Source: Marsupella aquatica (lineage: Eukaryota; Plantae; Marchantiophyta). From it: 64,000 nt of DNA. Position numbers and translations under genes: made by a program. Location: assembly GCA_973895155.1 (NCBI GenBank), contig OZ316898.1, positions 11,617,187 through 11,681,186 on the forward strand. Direction: 5' to 3'. Below, piece by piece: positions 49,801 through 63,189 of this stretch (positions are counted from its first letter, which is position 1; the number at the start of each line of letters is the position of its first letter). Below the pieces are notes generated by a model. It searched no databases. It was not told the DNA's origin and saw only the letters and a program-made list of their open reading frames with translations.

Positions 49801-51115
49801 TTAGAAAGGGGACGTATGTAACGAGAATTGCCACAAACCTCCTTTAAGATCATCAGCATATTGAGTTGCTAGCGCATGATTTCCCCCAAATTTGTGTGAA
49901 GTCGAAAGCCATATCGATCTCTCGTCGACCTGCATCCCCTGTTGAAACCCAGTGGACACTACCCAATAACCCCACCGAGGCATCGTCAAGAGAGACACTC
50001 GTCCTAAGCTCGTCGAGAAGGAAATTAAATTCTGACCAATATTCAACCAAGTAGCAAGACCAGGGCCCTTGTGCGCAGCAAAGCCTACGTGAACCACAAG
50101 TTCATCCTTTTTTTTTTGAAAAGAAGATAGCTTTGAACATTTCCCACAGCCAAAATACGCGAACACTGTCTTTTACCTGAGTGGTTTTGATCAATTCTAA
50201 AGTTCTCTTCCAAAGTTTTTCCTTGTGGTAGTCCCCAATATTTCCGAATATCATCTTCATCCTGTACGATCAATCAACCAAGCGACTTTTAAAGTGTATC
50301 CATTTCTGTAAATTAATTCCAAAGAATAACTCCTCCTACTAGCCCTTCTGTGTAAAGAAACATAAGGCAGTCTCGACTCTGGGACGGAAGGTGCAACACG
50401 TCGCCAATGGTATTGAATCTTTTACAGGAAAACTACTAATGGCCTTGTCCACTTAGAACAAGCAGTACTCGAGGAGGAGCAGGGTGGAGGGGGGAAGCAG
50501 AGGACCGAGAGGAAAGGCAGAAGTTGAGCTCACACGAGAATTGTAAAGCTTCCCCAATGGCTGATAATTAAAGGCGTTGGGACCTCTCCTTCGCTCATTC
50601 CAAAATTCTCCTACGACTGTCCCCGAAGTAGACGCTTCCGGTATATCCACGGCCGGCTTCGCACCGTGCAAGTGATCCACCCGCCCTCTTTTGATCATGT
50701 CGCGGATAGTTGTCCTGCTCGCACTCCTCTCATAGACGTCACTAAGCGAAGCCTGTGCGGCCCTTAGTGGCAGTCTACGGGCCGCCCCTTTGCGTACCAG
50801 CACCGCAGCATCTTTTGCATCTGCAACTTCTTGTTGAGATTGAGATGGCCTAGAATGCTCAACTAGCTCTGCTGATAAATACTTCACGAAACTTTCCCGG
50901 GGCTTACTGAACGCGAAGCTGTTCTCTAGCACCTGTTTGGGGTGGTGGCCAAAATGAGCCTCATTGAAGGAGTCGAAATCTACCGATGGTAGTAAACTGC
51001 TCACGTTGAAGTTACAGAACAAACTGGCTGATGCGCACTCCTTCCATTGAGGCCCGCAGCTTTTCGAACGTCGAGTAAACCGCTCAGACCGCCGCTGCTG
51101 ATTCATTGCATTCAT
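46891..51115 (-). CDS. Uncharacterised multi-exon gene; disordered N-terminus and probable beta-barrel C-terminal region
   Basis: Phase-consistent GT-AG exons 51115-50534, 50261-50177, 50084-49839, 49595-49535, 49118-49043, then an unresolved part within 49000-48000, then 47952-47803, 47568-47434, 47026-46891 (TAA). The start codon is uncertain. Confidence 0.65.
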
Positions 51116-52089
51116 AATTAAACTCAATCTGTGTGTCTCCCTTTCAAAGCACAAGAGGCCCCTCATGAGCAAATAACCGGCCGGGTCTCGTGAGCTCTCA
51201 TGATTAAGACACTGAAAACCTATCAGCACGGTCTTATCTAGACCTCAATTACGAGATAGGGTTTTCCTATCTCATAGTTACCAACCGATAACAGCTCACA
51301 CCGTCACCTAACCCGCTCTTTCCAAAGCTCTCGGCCGACGAGATTCTCGTCCCTGCACGAATTCACCAATCAAAACACGTAAACCAACAATCACCAGTTC
51401 AATGTCTCAACTAAATGCCATCGAGCTTGCATTATCCACCACTCATGGTTCATTCCTCTTCAGAAGCCATAGTGACGCATGCCCACACTTCCAAAGAAGA
51501 AGAAGCTCAAAACGTCCCAAAGCTCAGCTACGCACGCTCCATCTACTACCAAGACAGCGGAGCCAAATCCAGAAACAGAGGGCGTCATCGACATGGACGG
51601 TGTTACAACTATACCCATCAGCTGAGCAAAGGACGCGAATGATGGAGGCAGAGCGCCTGAAATTCGGGGCAGATGCAATGCCGCGCTCCCCGCTCGAGGT
51701 CGATGAAAGCCACTTCCGGCACTTCGTCGGCAGCTCAGGGGCGAGCAGCTGTGGCGGAGGAAATCGTGGATTGGCACAAGGGCTCGACACAATTGGTCGC
51801 TCTCTGTGCTTCAATAATGTCGACGGGACACAAGGAGCGCTCTCTCAACAGTAATGTCGACGGGAGAGAAGGAACGCTTTTAGGGGGTCTCAAACAGAGG
51901 CCGTAAACCAGAGTTTTTTAAAGTTCCCCAAATTCCACCTCCCCAAAAAGCTTTCGCCATTTTTGGCGAAAATTAGTTTGTATGTTTCTGTCTCATTAAC
52001 GGCGAAAATTAGTTTGTATTTGTCTGTCTCATAAACCACAGGTCCACAGGTCTCATTAGCCAGAATCTAACACTTATCCTTACACCAGA

Positions 52090-52170
52090 TTTTAAAATTT
52101 TTTGTGCCCTGCAAATTTGAATGAAGACCACACCATTTTTTTTGGTACAACCTCTTATTGTAGTTCTTGA
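52090..52170 (-). mobile_element. Fragment related to the 5' end of the Helitron at 9752-12691
   Basis: TTTTTGTGCCCTGCAAATTTGAA(T/C)GAAGACCAC is shared with ~12613-12647. Confidence 0.55.
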
Positions 52171-52737
52171 TGTAGGGAGAGACAGTCAGGAGAATAACCA
52201 GTTAAGGAATCTTTTGAGCATCATGCCCTTCACACACTGGACATTGGCCACTCTGGAGAAAAAGAAAACACCTTATAAAATACACTGGCATCAACCCTTC
52301 CTGAACTTTTTTCTTTGTATGTGTCTACAAGGTTAAGAGGCATAACCAGTGGTTAATTCTCTTGTATGTGTCTACAAGGTTTTGAGGCATTACCCCAGGT
52401 GAAGCCCCAGAATGCATTACCCCCCACTGAAGACACAGAACCCCTGGACCAGCCTGACATTGGGATTATGAAATTTGAATGAGAAATAGTAACGTGCAAG
52501 TGGTAGAGAGTGATGGAGCAGACTTTTCCTACTTAAAGATGAACTGAATCTTGTGTAAAAATTCACTCAGACTTTACTCTCAGTAACTCATCCCCACTTA
52601 GGAGATGATGGTTGCAACCGGGCTCAGCGCCTTCAGGGATTACAGCCCATTACCCTTCTTGGGGATGGGTTACCCTACACATAACCCGCAGAGTGACAGG
52701 GATGTAAAGTCTTGTTTAGAGGGCATGCTCGGATATA

Positions 52738-53050
52738 ATGCCCTGAAAAACGAGAGCTTCGGTTCAAGTTTTGAGAGCCTATTATTGCCCACCCATAGTG
52801 CTTTGGCCACAGGACCTTAGTACACTAAGTTGAAGGCCCCATTTAGTACATTTGAGGGCCCCCATAGAATGCCCTGAAAATAGAGAGCATCAGCTGGAGT
52901 TTGGAGAGCCTATTATTGCCCATAGTGCTTTAGCAACAGGACCTTAGTACACTTTAAGGCCCCATTAATGTCCGGGAAAACGAGAGCTTCAGCTCAGGTT
53001 TTGAGATCCTTTATTGCCCATGGTGCTTTGGCACAGGACCTATAGTACAC
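52738..53050. repeat. Diverged tandem repeat, 3 copies, upstream of IPMS
   Basis: ATGCCCTGAAAA..GAGAGC.TC....AGTTT.GAGAGCCTATTATTGCCCA..TAGTGCTTT.GC.ACAGGACCTTAGTACAC occurs three times. Confidence 0.8.
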
Positions 53051-53376
53051 ATTCCCAATCCCTACCATCAGGCCTGGGTTCAGGCATGTAAATGGTGCTC
53101 TATCAAATGATGCTGGGAGTCAAGTTGAGGGACAAATTCTGTAGGACAGCCACTATGCAAGTTGGGCCTTAAAAGTCTACTTTAGCACTAAACTGAAAAG
53201 CCGGGTAAAGTTATCTTCAATTTATTGAGTAGATACTTTTCCACCACTTACACCCAGCCGTCATGTCAACTGCTTTTTGACTCTAAGTAACGTTCACGTC
53301 TGAATTGAATTACACCCAGTAACTGTAACGTTGCTCTGCATTTTGATCTGTGGGAAGCGATGGACGCAGCAAAGCG

Positions 53377-53404
53377 GAGCTGAGCTGAGCTGAGCTGAGC
53401 TGAG
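53377..53404. repeat. (GAGCT)5 microsatellite in the IPMS 5' region
   Basis: Read directly from the sequence. Confidence 0.9.
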
Positions 53405-53942
53405 AGCAGATAGAACGAGTTTGCATCACGGCAAAGCGATGAAGAAGATTGATCATGGCCGACTTTTCCGATCATGGCTCTAGACAACTGCCATGATTTT
53501 GTCCAATTCTCACATCCGATGACACAAGCAAACCAGTATTACGGAGTCGTAAGTGGCTTTGGACTGTACAGTGAGCTGTAAAAAGGGGAGTATCGACCAA
53601 AACCCCGCTCGAAGATTTAGATGAGCTCACGAATGAGAGGCATGAGGAGTCGAATGCAAAGCTGAGCTGCTGTGCGCGGCTGCCCCGGCTGAGGAGCTGA
53701 GGGATTTCTCGTGGTTCGGGGTTTTGTAGTTCGGTTTTTCTTTGTTGAACCAGATTCGGCTTGCAGTCTGTGCAAACGTATGAGGATTTCGGTGGTCCGG
53801 TTTGAAGGTGTAACAATTCCACCGTCTCGTTCTCCTTTTCGGCATTGACTTCGAGCACAGCTGCTGTACCTCATTCCCCTTGTCCCTTCCCTTGTTTCCC
53901 AAGCTGCTCCTGATTCTCAAACGGCACTCTCGTTCAACCCCA

Positions 53943-56900
53943 ATGGCGACCATTTGCTCTCCCAGTGTTGTGGTGCGGACTGGCGTGACTGAAGGAGCAG
54001 GAGCTGTATGCGCTTCCAGAGTGCTGGATCAGAGTGGCAAGACCTGTAGGGTTTTCCCATCGGCGGGGCTCTGTGCCCGTTCCTCCTGCTCTGCTACTTC
54101 TGCGCCTCGTTCCTGCTCCTTCACAGCAGTTGTAGGGGCAGGGACTAGACGGATTCTGAGCAATTCGAACAAGCAGCGGCATCAGCAGAATAGAAGGGCT
54201 CTGCAAAGGGAATCGGCAGCTGTTGTGGTAGTTTGCAATGCTGCAGAAGCGAAAGAGAGGCCGCGGCGGCCAAAGTACATCCCGAATCGAATCGATGACC
54301 CTAATTATGTGCGGATTTTTGACACCACTCTGAGGGACGGGGAGCAGTCTCCCGGGGCCAGTCTGACCAGCAAGGAGAAGCTGGATATAGCCCGGCAGCT
54401 GGCGAAACTGGGGGTGGACATTATAGAAGCCGGATATCCGAGGTCTTCTCCAGATGATCTGGAGGCTGTGAAAATCATTGCCAAGGAGGTGGGAAACGCA
54501 GTTGACGATGACGGCTACGTGCCTGTGATCTGCGGGTTGTCCCGGTGCAACAAGACGGACATTGACTATGCGTGGGAAGGCGTGAAGCAAGCGTTGCGCC
54601 CGAGAATTCATACTTTCATTGCAACGAGTGAGCTCCATATGAAGCATAAACTGTGCAAGACACCTGATGAAGTCGTTCAAATTGCAAGGGATAGCGTTGC
54701 CTATGCACGGAGTTTGGGCTGTGATGATGTGGAGTTCAGCCCTGAAGATGCTGGAAGGTCTGTTGTGCTTTCTATCTCCACGCAGTACGAGAGTCGTTTC
54801 TAAGTGCACAGAAGAAATGGAAATTGGTGCTAGCAAGGCTTAAATCTTACAAGGAGATGGGTGACCAATCAAGCAGTTCATTCGTTTGCAATTTTGTGGA
54901 ATTGATATGGGTTGTCCTTCGCCGAGAAGCATCTTCTAACATTCTTCATGTGTTATCTTAAAATTGAACCTTTATCTTTTCTGGGAACAGCAGTGCAATG
55001 ACTCAAGCTGATAACAGCTTCAGACTTAGCAACGCATTGACTTTTGGTTTTTAGGAATTAGACCGTTTTGAACATTAATTGTGACGACAGCCAAAATATT
55101 AATGAGGTTTCCAACGATCCTCTTTTATTGACCTTACTCCCTTACGGGTTCTTTTTCTTTTCGCAACTGTCCTTATCCTTTCGGTCCACCTCCTGTCCAT
55201 TTTTAACGATTATGCCATCTCCATAGTAGGCCGCTAATTGCCAACTTATCTGGGATGCATGGGCGAGCTGCAGGTCAGATCCAGAATTTCTGTACCGTAT
55301 TCTTAGTGAAGTGATAAAAGCTGGAGCCACGACGCTGAACATTCCAGACACTGTGGGTATCACCCTGCCGACAGAATTTGGGGGACTCATTGCCAAGCTC
55401 AAAGCCAATACAACTGGGGCCGAGAACGTGATTTTCTCCACGCATTGCCAGAATGACCTCGGATTATCTACGGCCAACTCTCTTGCGGTATAATGCTTTC
55501 TTATCAGTACTATTAGTGTGGCTGAAGTGTCCATGTACCTTTGTTTCACCAGATTTCGATGTACTGTGTGGGTAAATGTGAATTTTTTAAGTCAAGGGAA
55601 ATTAGCGTCTTGGTATTGTACTGGCTAATTTTTTAATTCTCTTCTCTGTTTACTTTGATTTACTTGACTTCGTGTTGTAAAAGCAATCTGACGTCTTGGA
55701 TAGACGAGGCCTCCCATCTTATTCGTGAGACAACAACTAATTTGAACGCTATAAGACACTGACGATAGATCCGGCTCACCTTGTTGTTCCGGTAAAGCCA
55801 AGTCAGCTTAACTTTCAGAGTATGCGAACTGAGCTGGGGTGAACGAATTTTCTAGGGTGCATATGCTGGTGCTAGGCAAGTGGAGTGTACCATAAATGGA
55901 ATTGGTGAGCGAGCTGGAAATGCATCACTTGAAGAGGTACAGTGTGAAGAGTTCTGTCGACCCATGTACGCCGGCATATTACTGCATATTTTTAGCTGCG
56001 GAGCGTTTGTTTAGAGGACGTGGTTTGAGAAATTGCGTGAGATGCTTAGTGACAGTCTGGTTTAGCAGACAAAATTATAAAATAGCAGTTGTTTTGTCTC
56101 GTTTTCTGAGTATTGGAGACGACCACAGAGCAGTTTGGCAGATTGTCGTTCTGGATAGGAACCATACAGCACGTGGATATGGTGCCTCTGTTTGGTACAG
56201 GTCTCCTTAAAATTGTGATGGCGACATCTGACACCATATTCTGCAATGCCCATTTCTAGGTTGTAATGGCTATTAAGTGCAGAGGCGAGGAGCTGCTCGG
56301 GGGCCTTTATACAGGCATCGACTCCAAGCATATAACTATTGCTAGTAGAATGGTAACGCTGCTATCTCTGAGAGTTGACCAAGGGTGCATGCTTGATTTA
56401 CTGAAAATGACCCTTTTGCGCAAAAACAGTGCACATTTTGCTGACGTGGCACTCCCACATGTGGATTGTTGTGCAGGTGGCTGATCTCACTGGAATGGTA
56501 GTTCAACCGCACAAAGCCATAGTGGGTGCTAATGCGTTTGCACATGAGAGTGGCATTCATCAGGTGTGAAACAATGCAACCATTACATACTGAAATATTT
56601 ATCTTTTCTCTCTGGACTTCTAGTGGAATGCTCCCGCAAGGATATTGACGTAAATTAAATGTGTAATGGATTAATACGTGTCTCTTGCATCATATGGTTG
56701 TCTCTATCATAATCTGCTGTTGCATATTCACAGGATGGGATGCTTAAACACAAGGGAACGTATGAGATTATTGCTCCTGAAGAAATAGGGCTTCTACGTG
56801 CTGATGAGGCAGGGCTGGTACTTGGGAAGCTGAGGTAAACTGTCAGACTTCGGGAGTCCAGTCTTATGAGTCATGCAATTAGGCACTGTTGCCCCGGTTT

Positions 56901-58770
56901 CAACAATCGTTGTTCCTCTCGTTAAGGCAGTGGAAGATTTTGGGCCATGTCTGCACCTTTTACTGATGAGGTTACCCTTTCCTGTGCTTTTTGCCAAACA
57001 GTGGACGTCATGCACTGAAATCTCGTCTACAGCAGGTTTGCGACAGCCCTCTGTAATCCTTTTTGTGTGTGGTGGTGGTAGATCTTGCTCTTGCTAAGCT
57101 CTGTTAGGTTCGAAACAAAATATCATATTCAACACTAGGAATTAACTCGCTTTTGAAGAGATGTTAATGGCTGTCGTTGCCTTAACAGCTTGGTTACGAG
57201 TTGGACGGCAGAAACTTGGACGAGATCTTTAAGCGTTTCAAGTCTCTCGCAGATAAGAAGAAGGTGCGACACGATTGACATCTGCAATTATTGGTGTGCT
57301 TTTGCAAGTTCTTTAATTCCCTGTACATTGTCGATGTGGTCAAAATCCTGCCGTGTTTGTACCTGTGTGCAAGTGATAGCCAGTGTCACATTGCGTTTCA
57401 TCTCTTTATCTTTACATTTCCTCATTACTTACACTCAGACGACGGTTCAAACAATATACTGTCATACTGGTTGTTGTCGTAAGATGACCAGGACTTATGG
57501 GAGCAGTTATGAGAACGCAGCAGTCGTGGTCACAGGCTTTCCGATCTAAGAAACCTCTAGAGATGATCACAATGACACGTGTTCTTTATTCCGGACCCTT
57601 GATGCTGGTTGCCTGTTTCTGGTTGAACAGAGCGAAGCCGGGAATCTGAACTGCGAAGGAAATCTGAAGTCCGTCTGTGTTTGTGTGAATGCTTGACGTT
57701 TTGTCTTGCTGTGATTCTATTTGCAGACAGTACATGATGATGACCTGGAAGCTCTTCTTTCTGACCAAATTCACCAGCCAACCGTGATTTGGTCTCTTGC
57801 AGATCTCCAAGTATAGCAACTTACTTTCTGTGTAGAAGACTATGTTTTGTCCAAATTTTGTAGAATAGAAAACGAGAGGGTAACAAACTGTTTTGAGAAG
57901 CGTATTAGATTGGTGACTGTATTGAAAACGGGACGGTTGGAGGGGAAGAGATTCAAAGCTTTGTGCGTACTTAAAAAAAAGGCGGATTTCAAAGTTGGAT
58001 TGGTTGAGAACACTTATTTGTTAGATGTGTTTTAAAACGTGCATTTCATGGTGACCTGCACAGGTTGTATGTGGAACCATGGGGCTCTCGACAGCAACAG
58101 TGAAGCTAGTTGGTCCAGATGGTGTTCAACAAGTCGGCACTTCAGTCGGCACAGGACCTGTTGATGCATCATACAAAGCTGTTGATATGATAGTGAAGGT
58201 TGCTATTGGAGCCTCCGGTTGCTTTACCTACGGGCAGACTAATTGAAATCACTTGTTGATCATAAACCAGCTACTTGTTTCGAAGTTAGCGTACTGAAGT
58301 TATTGTGCTTCATCTATTGTGTGGATGATGCTCACTACTCTTGGTTTGCAGGAACAAGTTACTTTGCTGGAATACTCTATGACTGCAGTAACGGAAGGTA
58401 TCGATGCGATAGCTCATACAAGGGTTGTCATTCGTGGAGATTATCCTCATTCCGTCACTCACCCACAGACTGGAAAGTTGGTTCAAAGATCTTGCAGGTA
58501 TGTTCCTGTAAATAGGGATTTACTGGGACTTGTTTAATTCGAAGGGATCTGAATTTGGGGCCTGAAAGTATGTCTGATTTATCTATATATTTTTGTTTCA
58601 TGTGAATTTATTGATGTACTGTTAATGCTTTGTGCAGTGGTACTGGGGCGGGAGAGGATGTTGTGGTGTCCAGTGTGCGCGCTTACGTTAGTGCTTTGAA
58701 TAAGCTCTTAGGCTTTAGTCGTTCCCCCAAGCCCTCTGTCAGAGAAGAAGAGTCTCAAGTTGCAGCTTAG
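53943..58770 (+). CDS. IPMS: Plastid 2-isopropylmalate synthase, 12 exons, 665 aa, with C-terminal leucine-regulatory domain
   Basis: Exons 53943-54757, 55274-55487, 55856-55936, 56260-56352, 56477-56563, 56734-56834, 57002-57035, 57189-57263, 57727-57810, 58064-58198, 58352-58497, 58638-58770 sum to 1998 nt. Motifs [32 protein letters not shown] and GTGPVDA. Confidence 0.95.
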
Positions 58771-61169
58771 AAATATCCTTAGTTTACTGCTAACCTTTTG
58801 TCATGTCTACTTTAAGGTGGCAAAGCAGAGTTGTTTAACACACATGTGCACGTTCCCAAATTCATCAGTGCCATCTTTTTGCCGAGTATCCTAAAATGGT
58901 GGTAGGAAGAAATGTCGCTGTATGTGACAATTTTTCGCAGGCAATAGTAACACCTCGAAGAAGTGTGCAAAAGAGTTTTACGTGGCTCCTATATTCAATC
59001 ATGTGTGATGGCATGGATTTGCGATTATGTCAGTTTGAAGAAATAGTAACTTTTAGTCACTCGCATATTGATTGATGAAGCTACTGTTCATTCAAAGATT
59101 CTACGGTAGTAACTAACGTACATCCCATTGTGAAAGTTAGGATTTTGTTTCAATCTTTGTCAGGTATATGTGTACTCTCGACTCCGTATTGGTTTTTGGT
59201 AGATTGTCCACGAGCTATTATGTAATCCTTACTCGAGAGCATTTTGAAGGCAGACAAGAGCTCAATAATGATGCCAGACTTCGTGGTCTGCCCCACGTTC
59301 TGCCTTGAGTGCAATCTGTAGAGTTGAAGCTAAGTGTGAAACCCCAATTGACAATTCCATCCTCTTGGTTGAGATCCCTAACTGTGCTGCTCTGCGTGTG
59401 GGACGAGGTTGAGTAGATAAGGCCAGTGCAACACATTACGATACTTGCGAACATCAGATCCGTAATAATGTAGGGTGATATTTATCCCCCTTTGGAGATT
59501 TAGGGCCTGGCATTTCACAAGCGAAACTTATTCCTCGTACAAATGATTTACACCTGACGACGTTCCTCACTGAGTTCTACCGAACTACAGAGGTCCTCAA
59601 TTCCGTTAAAATTGAACTAACACACGAAACCTTCGAAGAAAGAACCACCACCCGTTCGAAGATTACTCTTTATCTTATTACTCTTTATCGTATTACTGTC
59701 TCGCGATACCTTGCATTCGCAGTGAATATTCTCCTACAGGGGGACAGTGTCTTTGATTTAACTCAAATCCCATTTTGTACTGTCTTCCATTTGTCTGTGT
59801 TCTTTGACAAGTCGCCTCTTCTCGTCAAATTGTAAATTGTTGTCATGTATATGGTTCCCCTGTCATCAGTCTTTCCCACTTTACAGTGCTACAACAAAGC
59901 TTGGCAGGTTGACGTATTGCACGAAGAAAAAAATGAGGGAACCGCGATGTCCAGACTATTACGCATTTAAGTGGATGACGTTGAAAACTAGGATGGCGTT
60001 GGGAGGGTACGAAAGGCACATAAAAGGGAAGGATATACAACAATGACGACGGATACCCACACTGCCAGCAGCACAGAAGAGGGGTTTGATCAGAAAGCAT
60101 GAGTTCAACATTCACAGAGTATTAACATGGAATGGAGATCAGGTTGCATATCTCCATCCAATTGAAACACAAATAGAGCACATAATTCAATTCAAAGCAG
60201 AGGCAGTAATCAAAACGAAATATATTATGGCAAAAATTTACAATTGCCTGGCACCCATAGCTTGGACATTGAGAATCGGCGTGGAGTCAATGGAGGAAAG
60301 CAAATTAGGCAGACTAATGACGGAAAGGAGAACAACAACCGAAAAAGTTCACAATCACAACAAGGATCAAAATCTGGTAGATCAATCTAGTGCTCGAAGA
60401 GACTTAATAGTCGACATGAGCTAGTTCAACACTGCCGCGTCCCAGAAAGCAGCAGGAGTTAGAAGCAACGATGATTACAAACGACCGGAAACTTCAGGAA
60501 GGACTAGCAAATCGAGGAAATAAGTCAAGAGCGGAAGAAGTGTTCAATTACTTGCATCTAAGTATTCCAATCTGAGACGCTGCAACAGAATTAATTTTGC
60601 CTAGAGCAGTTGGCTTCTAAATGCATTCCTCACAATGGAGATCTCACCACATAGGATTGTAGATGAGTCATTGGGAGGAGCCTGATGCACTGTAGAGTAA
60701 CGAAACGAAATTGGCCTGCCGAACAGTTGGGTGAGCAAGCAAAAAACACAGTCCCCGCGAATCCGGCATCAGGCAGTGCGGTAGTCAACACTGACGAAGA
60801 CACAACCCAGCACAACCTAAGGGATGGTTTTTGCATGCTATACAGGAGAGCGAATCAAAGCAGAGCTAGCAAAATTTGTTGATTAAAATTGATCATACAA
60901 CCTGAGCCTCAACAAGCAGGCACGTTGCGAACAGAGTGGGACAGAGGGACAACACTTCTCATAATATTGGCGACAACAGAGGGGGAACAGAAGTAAGTTA
61001 AAGGTTAGTAACAATTGGAGTGGCGACAGGAGGAACGGCTGCATCAAGTGAACTCCGCAAAATCTACCCCAATGTCTATGTCTCTACCTCTCTCTAGTGT
61101 ATCCCTTTGTATCCTTCGAGCCAGCCGGACATCCGCATCTGTGTCGTCAAAAATCTATCCCTGAACAAT

Positions 61170-62850
61170 CTAGTCGAACAAACTGAATCCCATGTCGTCG
61201 TCAGACTCTTCCTTCTCTTCCTCCTTCTCTTCGACCTTGGCAGCAGCAGCAGGGGCAGCAGACTCGGTGGCAGCCACTGGAGCAGCAACGATGAACTTGC
61301 TGGGATCCTGCAGAATTTGATCATTCAGTCAGTGCCCTTCTCGAGACGCAGACAGACAAAGAGATCGAAATTAGTTAACAAGCAACAATGAAACATTACA
61401 TCCAACTCGACGTTAGCATACCTTGAGAATCTCCTTTATGGTGTCGGCCTGCGGGAAGGAATACTCGGTGGCCAAAGATACAGAGACCACGTTCTTGAAT
61501 GCATTAACGAACATGTGCGGCGCAGCCGCAAGCGTGGGATAGCTGAGACCCAAAGAAAGAGCAGCAACATTCGAAACACCAGCAGAGAACTTGGCGATGA
61601 GGTCGTCCTCCGTGAGATCCAAAACCTCGGGGCTGAAAACAGACCCGTTGTCGTAAACAGACACCACAACTAGACCGTATGAGAATGGCCTAATCCCCAG
61701 TTTGGCAAGGAGAGCAGCCTCGGAGGAGCCCACCTTGTCACCCTTGTGGATAAGCTCCACGGGTGCAACAATCTCCACAGTTCCCTTATTAATCTTGGTG
61801 GGAATGTTGAGAACCTGTCCATGCAAAACCGTGGCTAAGTGCATCAGTTCACTCTCCTGGCAACTAATACAACTGATTTCGAATACAAATTGCTGGTGAT
61901 TCTGAGGAAGGGAAAACCGTCTGGCCAGCTAGGTCATCGTTAATCATAACCATTCGGTCCACTAAACCCTACAGCCAATGCAGCAATTCACACAAGGCGT
62001 ATGAAGGGAAGAGCTTCGCGTTACGAACCTGGAAGAAAGAAGTCTGCGATGGGTCGAGGCCGGTGTTTCCTGGGGGAACAACCACATCGATGGGTGCAAC
62101 TAGTCCGACGCGGGCAGGCGCTCCAACCTGGGAATAGAGCAAGACATACTTATGAGCCGTCGCCCAATAAACGCTCAAAGGAGCCTGCCTACTTTAAGGT
62201 ATAATAACAAGTGACATAATCAATTCTCTGGACATCGAGAGAAGAAAGCCATTCACTGATTCACAGCGCAATCACAGAGTAGTACCTTGTACTTTCCCAC
62301 TTCCTCGCTTACTTCCTTGAGGTCGCCTTTGGTGAAAATGAGACCGACATTTCCCTGGAAGAACCAAATCATGCAGCGCACGGAACAGAAATGAGAAACA
62401 GCCTGAAACACCAGTGGAACCCTAAAATTCCAGATAACAGCATTACCCTGCATAATTTGCTAAGTCTCTCATGACTATAGCTGAAAGTGAACGGACAGTA
62501 CCGAACTGAATAAAGCTTCAGCTCCATAGAGGAAATCACGGTTGCCAGCCCTGTCTAGGGTAGGGTGGAGAAAGAGCTGCGAAAATACATACCACAAGGA
62601 GGGGGATAATATTCAAGTATGCTGTATTTCCAGTCTTCTCTGCGTGAATACGGATCGAACGCTTCATCATCGTGTTCTTCCCCATCAGAACCACCGAATC
62701 GGGCCTCAGCCCCTGCCTGATACCCTGCAGCTGTTTCGATCCCACATTATCCGCCGCACACACCAGCACCTGTGTGAACTGCTCCAGCAGCTCACACAGC
62801 TTGACGTCATAGTGCTGCTTCTTCTCCGCCTTGGTGCCCTTGAACCCCAT
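61170..62850 (-). CDS. RPLP0: 60S acidic ribosomal protein P0 (uL10), 5 exons, 318 aa
   Basis: Exons 62850-62593, 62354-62286, 62127-62029, 61814-61422, 61307-61170. Motifs [20 protein letters not shown] and C-terminal [13 protein letters not shown]. Confidence 0.97.
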
Positions 62851-63179
62851 TTTTTTTTTCTACTCCTTTCGCACAAATCACCAACAACTGGATCAACTGA
62901 TCGACAGCAAAGCCGAGCAGTAAAATCAGGATCCAACGTCGAAGAGCACTTCGAAAGATTTACGAGAAACCCAGGAGTGGGGGCCAAGTCGAGTTCGATG
63001 TCCCGAGCAAGGTGGGTAGAAATTTCTCTCTACCGCTTTAACCCCTTTCGCCCTCGAAAATCCTACGAGAAAACGAGCTCAACCACACTCGACGCGCGAA
63101 CTCAAACAACGAAAAGAGGCACTTCTCTTTGTGCTCACGAACTTAGTAAACCCTTCACTCTGCGCACAACTTTAGGGCA

Positions 63180-63189
63180 TTCAGGGTTT
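63180..63189 (-). promoter_or_regulatory. Telo-box-like motif upstream of RPLP0
   Basis: AAACCCTGAA on the minus strand. The canonical AAACCCTA telo-box is typical of plant ribosomal protein promoters; this has one mismatch. Confidence 0.3.

Noticed and set aside
53934-54836. 300-aa minus-strand ORF, and similar antisense ORFs over RELCH, FabG and RPLP0
   Set aside because: Antisense shadows of GC-rich coding exons with no motifs.
53943-58770. IPMS as a neofunctionalised MAM-like specialised-metabolism enzyme clustered with FabG
   Set aside because: The C-terminal regulatory domain is complete, and FabG is 20 kb away with unrelated genes between. No evidence of a biosynthetic cluster.
59000-61100. 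Additional gene or snoRNA between IPMS and RPLP0
   Set aside because: No coherent exon chain or box motifs; more simply long convergent 3' UTRs or intergenic DNA.
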